Positions 58,432 to 64,000 of a stretch of DNA of 64,000 bases are shown here, piece after piece (within the stretch, counting starts at the first letter, position 1; each line of letters opens with the position of its first letter). The stretch covers positions 160,001-224,000 of the forward strand of contig CAXXSL010000016.1 in assembly GCA_963675525.2 (NCBI GenBank), written 5' to 3'. A program made the position numbers and the translations under genes. The stretch comes from Anaerohalosphaeraceae bacterium. Lineage in GTDB: Bacteria > Planctomycetota > Phycisphaerae > Sedimentisphaerales > Anaerohalosphaeraceae. Under the pieces are notes generated by a model, which was not told the origin of the DNA, searched no databases, and saw nothing but the letters and a program-made list of their open reading frames with translations.

Positions 58432-59634
58432 TTATTTCGATGTATATATCTTTTGGATCACATCAATATACAATTGTGTATTTTTCCTGGAATATTTCTG
58501 TACAGCAGCATTACGACTATTGAATTTGGCTTGAGCCAAGACATCATCATTTTCGTAATAATTTAATATAGCATTTTCAAGTCCCGCAGTATCGCCTAAC
58601 GCAATAACTCTTCCGCACTGCTCGTTTTTTACGATATCTGCTATTTCGCACTCCGGATTGCATATTGCTATTAGCGCATTTCCTGCGGCAAGGCAACCAT
58701 AAAACTTACAGGGAACCAGGGAACCTTCGATCCCATTTGCAATGGTAACAATAGCAATATCCGCAGACGGTAAGGAGAATCGCAACCGGTCCTGAGAAAG
58801 GTACGGCAGGATTAACATGTTCTCCAGATCATGCTTTTCTTTGGCATCCACAACAAACTGCTTCTTGGCCCCATCCCCGATAATGACAAATCGGATATCC
58901 GGATGATCCTTTAATTGTTTTGCTGCCCCAACCAGCGTCTCCATATCATGTGTCGCCCCCATATTCCCCGAATACATGACAATAAACTTACCTTCCAGGC
59001 CATGTTCACGGATAAAGGGATTATCTTCATTTTTAGAAAGCGGCTTAATCTCGTCAACGTCCGCCCAGTTATGAATCACGGCAATATGACCCAATGCCGT
59101 TTTAGAAACATCAAAATCTTTCGCAAGTCTATTCGCCATGTAATCTCCGAGGGTAATCACTGCATCTGCATGATTTAAGGCCACCCTGTTGAGCTTTCTC
59201 CATGTTTTGGCAATAAACCCCTCCTTTAAGACATGCGTTTCCAGCAGAACATCCGGATACTTGTCATACACAAGCATGACATATTTCTGCCCCCTGATCT
59301 TCTTAAATAAACAGCCGATCAAACCCATAAACGGCGGCGTTGTTACAAAAAAAAGTAATGATCGTCTTGAAGAATGCAACATAATCTTCAAGAATACATA
59401 CACATAACAGGTCAGATAAGACAGAGCCCTTGTAACATAATTTTTCCGGTTATAATGCGCCCAGCGAGGAGCATTGATCACATGCAGATTTTCATCGGAT
59501 TCAAACTGAACCACATCCGACACCTCCGTTCCAATCAATGACGGTGACCAGACCTCCGCAAGGTCTCTGGCCAAATCCTGAAAAACCTTAGCGGCCCTCT
59601 GATTTAAAAATAATATCTTAAATTGTACCTTCAT
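58432..59634 (-). CDS. GT4 glycosyltransferase
   Basis: TTPPF, DKYPD, IHNWAD, YSGNMG, VPCKFYG. Confidence 0.92.
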   Translation of the reverse strand: MKVQFKILFLNQRAAKVFQDLARDLAEVWSPSLIGTEVSDVVQFESDENLHVINAPRWAHYNRKNYVTRALSYLTCYVYVFLKIMLHSSRRSLLFFVTTPPFMGLIGCLFKKIRGQKYVMLVYDKYPDVLLETHVLKEGFIAKTWRKLNRVALNHADAVITLGDYMANRLAKDFDVSKTALGHIAVIHNWADVDEIKPLSKNEDNPFIREHGLEGKFIVMYSGNMGATHDMETLVGAAKQLKDHPDIRFVIIGDGAKKQFVVDAKEKHDLENMLILPYLSQDRLRFSLPSADIAIVTIANGIEGSLVPCKFYGCLAAGNALIAICNPECEIADIVKNEQCGRVIALGDTAGLENAILNYYENDDVLAQAKFNSRNAAVQKYSRKNTQLYIDVIQKIYTSK

Positions 59635-59760
59635 TTATTATATTTTAGAATAGCTTGTACATTAAGAACAGCAAGTATAATGCGTTGTCGTCAGGCTAGT
59701 GCATTATTATTCCATAACCATAAATCACAAATTCAGTCAAGCATTGCTTCTACGTTCAAA

Positions 59761-60339
59761 TTAAGAAAGAATCTCACGCTTTTTAATATATTTAGCAGGA
59801 TTACCAGCTACTATTGACCATGCTTCAACGTCATGGACAACAACTGATCTGGCACCAACAACCGCCCCTTCACCAATCGTCACTCCGGGTGCTACAAAAG
59901 CATCGGCACAAATCCATGAATTGTCGGCAATGTGAATCGGATCAAAAGTAGTCATAAATGTTCTTGAAGTATAATCATGGCTTGCAGAACATAAATGTGT
60001 GTTCTGAGAAATAACGACATTTTTGCCAATCGAAATGCCCCCCATATTATAACATATGACATTCGGACCCATTACTGAATTGTCTGCCACACTTAATTTC
60101 CAGGGCATTACAATAGATACAGATGAATAAATATACACATTCCTGCCAATTTTAGCACCAAACACCCTTAATAAAAATCTCCTCCAGCCATGAAACAATC
60201 GCGGAAAACGCGGACTGAACCGAAACAGTAACCAATAGACAACCTGCCAGAGACACCTCATCGCGTTTTGCTGGAAAGTATAGGGGGTGGAGGTTGCACT
60301 CAAATCAACTTTTTTTTTATTTTTAATTTTAGCATCCAA
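59761..60339 (-). CDS. WcaF-like hexapeptide-repeat acetyltransferase
   Basis: LLRVFGAKIG, PWKL, SQNTHLCSASHDY, GVTIGEGAVVGARSVV, GNPA. Confidence 0.92.
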   Translation of the reverse strand: MDAKIKNKKKVDLSATSTPYTFQQNAMRCLWQVVYWLLFRFSPRFPRLFHGWRRFLLRVFGAKIGRNVYIYSSVSIVMPWKLSVADNSVMGPNVICYNMGGISIGKNVVISQNTHLCSASHDYTSRTFMTTFDPIHIADNSWICADAFVAPGVTIGEGAVVGARSVVVHDVEAWSIVAGNPAKYIKKREILS

Positions 60340-60395
60340 AAGCTTTATCTTTCGTCATTTTTAAATGAATCGCACCTAATTCAGTCTCTTTTCGA

Positions 60396-61460
60396 CTATT
60401 GTTCTAAAAATGTCTTAAATCGTGCCTCAAAAACCTCTGTGTCCTGCTGAACGGTGTGCAAGTATGCTCTGCGGCCAGCATCAAATGTTTCACGATCAAA
60501 TGTCCGTAAATATTGAATTATCTGCTCTTTGATGCCAGACTTCTTATCGATAACAACGCCCAGATTGTACCGTTCGGCCCATTTGGCTTGTTCTGTTCCG
60601 CTGTTCACTATCATGGGTATCCCATATACAGCCGACAAATAGAATCGATTTGACATTAATGTCATACTGTTGATGTCTTCATGTGTCAGGATATTAATAA
60701 ATGATGTACCCTGTAAATGCTTCGGTTCATCTTGTTTTTTATACCGCCCTTGAAAACTCACATTTTGTATTCCCTGGCGGGCAACATATTGTTTTAAAAT
60801 GAGTTCGGTAGGACCGGAGCCAACAAAGCTCATCTCATAGTCCGGCAAATCCGCCAATTCTTGAATCAACTTTTTATTCGCTTCAGGATCTCTCAATGAA
60901 CCGATCGTCAGTATTCTCGATTGGGTTTGGCCTTTAATGGAGGCCTGCATCTCGAACGGTTCAAATTCATTGGTATTATGCCGAATCACATATTCATGAT
61001 CTTTGGGAAGCCACCGCTTGAAACCATGTGACGAAATCACAACCAAGGCAGCGTTTTGAATCGCCGCCGTGAATCTTGTTCGAAAACACTTTAATGCAAC
61101 AGAATAATCTCTGATATCAAAAACAAAGTTATATCTGTACCTGGCTTTCAGAAAAGGAAGCAACAGTAAGGTATTGAAAATGGTAAAAACGACCACTTTA
61201 TCATAATTGCCATTTGCCAGTTTTTCTTTTACAAAGCGCCGATAACGAAGATAGTCTATGATGCGTCCAGGACGGCTCTTGCTTTCTTTTAAGGTCAGCG
61301 CCTGTACGGCTGTTTCTTCCACTCCTAATCGGTTCCAGGAGATAACATCATAAGGAATATCAAGCCGGTCCAGTATTTCCGTGTAATAACGGACATAGGG
61401 GGCGTTATAAAGATTACTGGCTAAAATTATTGCGACATTCGGTTTTTCGCTTGTTTTCAT
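60396..61460 (-). CDS. Capsular polysaccharide glycosyltransferase-like protein
   Basis: PYVRYY, ISWNR, DIRDY, ISSHGF, NRFY; locus context. Confidence 0.75.
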   Translation of the reverse strand: MKTSEKPNVAIILASNLYNAPYVRYYTEILDRLDIPYDVISWNRLGVEETAVQALTLKESKSRPGRIIDYLRYRRFVKEKLANGNYDKVVVFTIFNTLLLLPFLKARYRYNFVFDIRDYSVALKCFRTRFTAAIQNAALVVISSHGFKRWLPKDHEYVIRHNTNEFEPFEMQASIKGQTQSRILTIGSLRDPEANKKLIQELADLPDYEMSFVGSGPTELILKQYVARQGIQNVSFQGRYKKQDEPKHLQGTSFINILTHEDINSMTLMSNRFYLSAVYGIPMIVNSGTEQAKWAERYNLGVVIDKKSGIKEQIIQYLRTFDRETFDAGRRAYLHTVQQDTEVFEARFKTFLEQ

Positions 61461-61466
61461 CGTTGA

Positions 61467-62846
61467 TTATCCCCATTCATAATCCGGCTCTCCCAGTTCC
61501 TCGCAGACTGCCCTTTGCTCATCCAAATAAGTGTAATCAAAAGCATCCAATGCCTGCTCTTCGGCGATTAACGCCTCAACCCGGTCGATCGCAGCAGCAG
61601 CAAAGATCAACATCACAATACCACTCCGTGCAGGATAGGCGACAACACTCTCAATGAGGCCAACAGCAGCGATTCCGAGTATATAGCCCAGCAAGACCTT
61701 TGAGATATCGGAATATTCTCGACTCGGACTGTTTCTAATGGTCCGCATCGCCTTCTTGGTGTAAATGGCAATAAAAAGAAGCACCAACATAAGTCCGGGT
61801 AATCCTGTATTGTGCCAGATACTAAGATAAGAATTATGGAAACCATGTCCGATTTGATCCTTCGACAAAGCATCAGAACCAATTCCCCGACCAATGAGCA
61901 ATGCATTTCGGGAAACCATATCCAGTCCCCCTCTCCATATCTCCATCCTTCCGGTGGTGCTGGCTTCAAACAGACGCCCCAATAAAAGATCCGCTCGCTC
62001 AGGCAGGATCACAAAGACCAGAAGTGTGCTAATCGACAGAAGGACGCCAATAAGCACTATGATAACGATCGTTCTTCCCGGCTTGCCATGCATCAACAAT
62101 AGCGGCAGCGAGGCAATGACAAGCATACCGAATAGCGCTGATCTAACGGCAGTGAGAAACAACATAAACACAAACGGTACCAGGATGGCAACCGAAGCGA
62201 TCCTCCAGAACTTTTCCCTGTTTTGAATCACACCCCACACCAGCATCGGGGCAAAAAATGCGCCACTGAAAGCTAATGCCACAGGTCCCATCTCGTCTTC
62301 GGTTCCAAATCGCGTCCATTCTGTTGTGGCGTGCATGTATCCCCGGACAAATACGATACTTGTAGCCGTCCAGACAAACGCAGCAAAAATACCCATCTTA
62401 AAAAGAGTTTCCAGTTTTTGGCGGGAATTAATATATCCACTGGTCGCGGAGGAAACGGCAAAGACCACCACAAGCAGCAGAAGGCTCTGCTGGACACAAT
62501 ACATCTGCAAACGTCCTGAAAAAGGGGTATACAAAAAACCGAGTATTGCGTAGACATAAATCAATAACATCGCCGGCCGAGGGGCGATGTACCCTTTGAA
62601 TACGCTAATTCCCAAGAGCACTAACAGGCCCCAGCGGGCCACAGTAGCCATATATAAAATACCGCCATAGGTTACCCCCCCAAGGGCATATGAAAAAAAA
62701 AGTAAAAAAAGGGTAAAACCCGTTCCCCGCACCAAACTGACGATGGCAACAATTAATGCCAATGCAATAAGGGCCAGAAGGCCCACATAACCGAAAGTCT
62801 CTATAAGACTTTGTATACGGCCGAAAAAATCAGACTTAAACTCCAT
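61467..62846 (-). CDS. O-antigen ligase/polymerase (Wzy_C) family protein
   Basis: More than 10 TM helices; TAVRSA, TGRMEIW, GRGIG, HNSYL, GLPGL. Confidence 0.88.
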   Translation of the reverse strand: MEFKSDFFGRIQSLIETFGYVGLLALIALALIVAIVSLVRGTGFTLFLLFFSYALGGVTYGGILYMATVARWGLLVLLGISVFKGYIAPRPAMLLIYVYAILGFLYTPFSGRLQMYCVQQSLLLLVVVFAVSSATSGYINSRQKLETLFKMGIFAAFVWTATSIVFVRGYMHATTEWTRFGTEDEMGPVALAFSGAFFAPMLVWGVIQNREKFWRIASVAILVPFVFMLFLTAVRSALFGMLVIASLPLLLMHGKPGRTIVIIVLIGVLLSISTLLVFVILPERADLLLGRLFEASTTGRMEIWRGGLDMVSRNALLIGRGIGSDALSKDQIGHGFHNSYLSIWHNTGLPGLMLVLLFIAIYTKKAMRTIRNSPSREYSDISKVLLGYILGIAAVGLIESVVAYPARSGIVMLIFAAAAIDRVEALIAEEQALDAFDYTYLDEQRAVCEELGEPDYEWG

Positions 62847-62995
62847 ATCAAGGCCACCTGAATAAACCGAATCCTTTTTTTATTCACTCACAACGAGTAC
62901 ACTGCTGAAAAACACCTGTCCTGCCGCATAACCGATCTCTGAAAACAAACACAGAATCCACTTTGAACAATACACCCCGCACTGAAAATTGCACA

Positions 62996-64000
62996 TTAAT
63001 CTTCCAAAGAATCTTCGATTGCTCCAGCATCAATCTTGTCAACCGAACTGGAGATCAGATACAGCTTACGACGGAATAGAAATCTGTCCAGGAAAAAACA
63101 CAGCCATGTCAACCCGACCACACCGCAGCCGATGCAATATGCGTAAGCAGCCCCCCGGATATGCCACCGGGGGATAAGCGAAAAAGCAGCGCCGGCATGC
63201 GCCGCAAACGAAATAATCGAAATCGTCAGCATGGTTTTTGAGGATGCGAATTTCATCACAAAGGGTCTCGTCAGATGGGCCAAAACCATCATCGAAACCC
63301 CTACGCCCATTATCGGGATCAGTTCCTGCGCTGCCAACGACACGGATGGATACATAAGCTTCACCAGATATTTCGCAAGAACGGTCATCAGGGCATATAA
63401 CAGTAAAGCAGCAACCCCTACCGCAGAAGCATACAGCCCGCAAAACCTCTTTGAAAAGATATTGGAAGAGGAATGAGCCGACAGGATGGAAAAGCCGAAC
63501 ATGCCGATAATATCTATGGGTACAACAAAAATCTCAAGAGCCGCCGCGGCGGCAAAAAAGATGCTTACGCTCTGATAATCTGACCAAATCCCCAGTATCG
63601 ACCGGTGGATATATCGGCTTGACAAAAAGAATATGCCGCTGCTTGTAAGGATAAGCCATGTGGTCATGACCCGTTTGGCCATCTTACGGTCAAATAATTC
63701 TTTCGTTTTATGAAACGGATGATAGTACACGATCAACAACAACACATACGCCGCTGTATGACCTATGGCGAAACCAATCGGCAATCCCCATGCGCCGATT
63801 AACAAAATAATCGGAATCGCAACAAACGCCGCGACACCCTGGATGCTTTGCCAGATCGCTCGAACAGCATATTTTCGTTCAAAGCTGAACTTCGCAATCT
63901 GAATACCCGCCATATTTTGAGCCGCAAACGCAACCACCACCAGCGCTATCCAAATCAGTAATTGCCGGTCTGCATTAAACCCCACCGCCAGAATCAGAGC
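62996..64000 (-). CDS. Wzx-type polysaccharide flippase, 5' part outside the window
   Basis: Multi-TM; LIPRWHIRGAAYA C-terminal motif; upstream of Wzy. Confidence 0.78.
   Translation of the reverse strand, partial: ALILAVGFNADRQLLIWIALVVVAFAAQNMAGIQIAKFSFERKYAVRAIWQSIQGVAAFVAIPIILLIGAWGLPIGFAIGHTAAYVLLLIVYYHPFHKTKELFDRKMAKRVMTTWLILTSSGIFFLSSRYIHRSILGIWSDYQSVSIFFAAAAALEIFVVPIDIIGMFGFSILSAHSSSNIFSKRFCGLYASAVGVAALLLYALMTVLAKYLVKLMYPSVSLAAQELIPIMGVGVSMMVLAHLTRPFVMKFASSKTMLTISIISFAAHAGAAFSLIPRWHIRGAAYAYCIGCGVVGLTWLCFFLDRFLFRRKLYLISSSVDKIDAGAIEDSLED

Noticed and set aside
1..64000. Integrase, transposase, prophage, defence system or rRNA; numerous antisense ORFs such as 2140-2697, 13863-14546 and 37334-37987
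   Set aside because: No diagnostic motifs seen; the antisense ORFs are shadows of well-supported genes.

Overview
Gene-dense chromosomal window, inferred to be from an anaerobic planctomycete (Phycisphaerae/Sedimentisphaerales-like). That inference rests on a prepilin/H-X9-DG-type protein, dockerin-like C-terminal tails, a VPxPGA exosortase-type tail and an HTH-receiver regulator. The left part (1-38.8 kb) is mixed housekeeping and accessory: a triply frameshifted RidA/chorismatase-like gene, a GH29 fucosidase next to tRNA-Ser(GGA), a GTDC1/QTMAN-like glycosyltransferase, redox and ferritin-like genes, an HDOD histidine kinase with a response regulator, phosphomannomutase, rnc, pyk, eda, secreted dockerin-tailed proteins, an ECF sigma pair and many REP-like intergenic repeats. 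The right part (38.8-64 kb) is a surface-polysaccharide locus (Wzx, Wzy, glycosyltransferases, WcaF-like, PglC-like, WecA-like, DegT). The best candidate for an undescribed system lies inside it: a tightly coupled cassette of PLP decarboxylase, GNAT, two 2-hydroxyacyl-thioester dehydratase subunits, their ATP-dependent [4Fe-4S] activase, FkbH and an ACP, followed by a second GNAT. It suggests radical dehydration of ACP-bound glycerate to build a glycan acyl decoration. A second candidate is a consensus sigma70 promoter with a boxA-like motif reading into a 10/11-bp helically phased repeat array at 11.85-12.12 kb. All family assignments come from motif recognition by eye. No database searches were run, so novelty is unverified.
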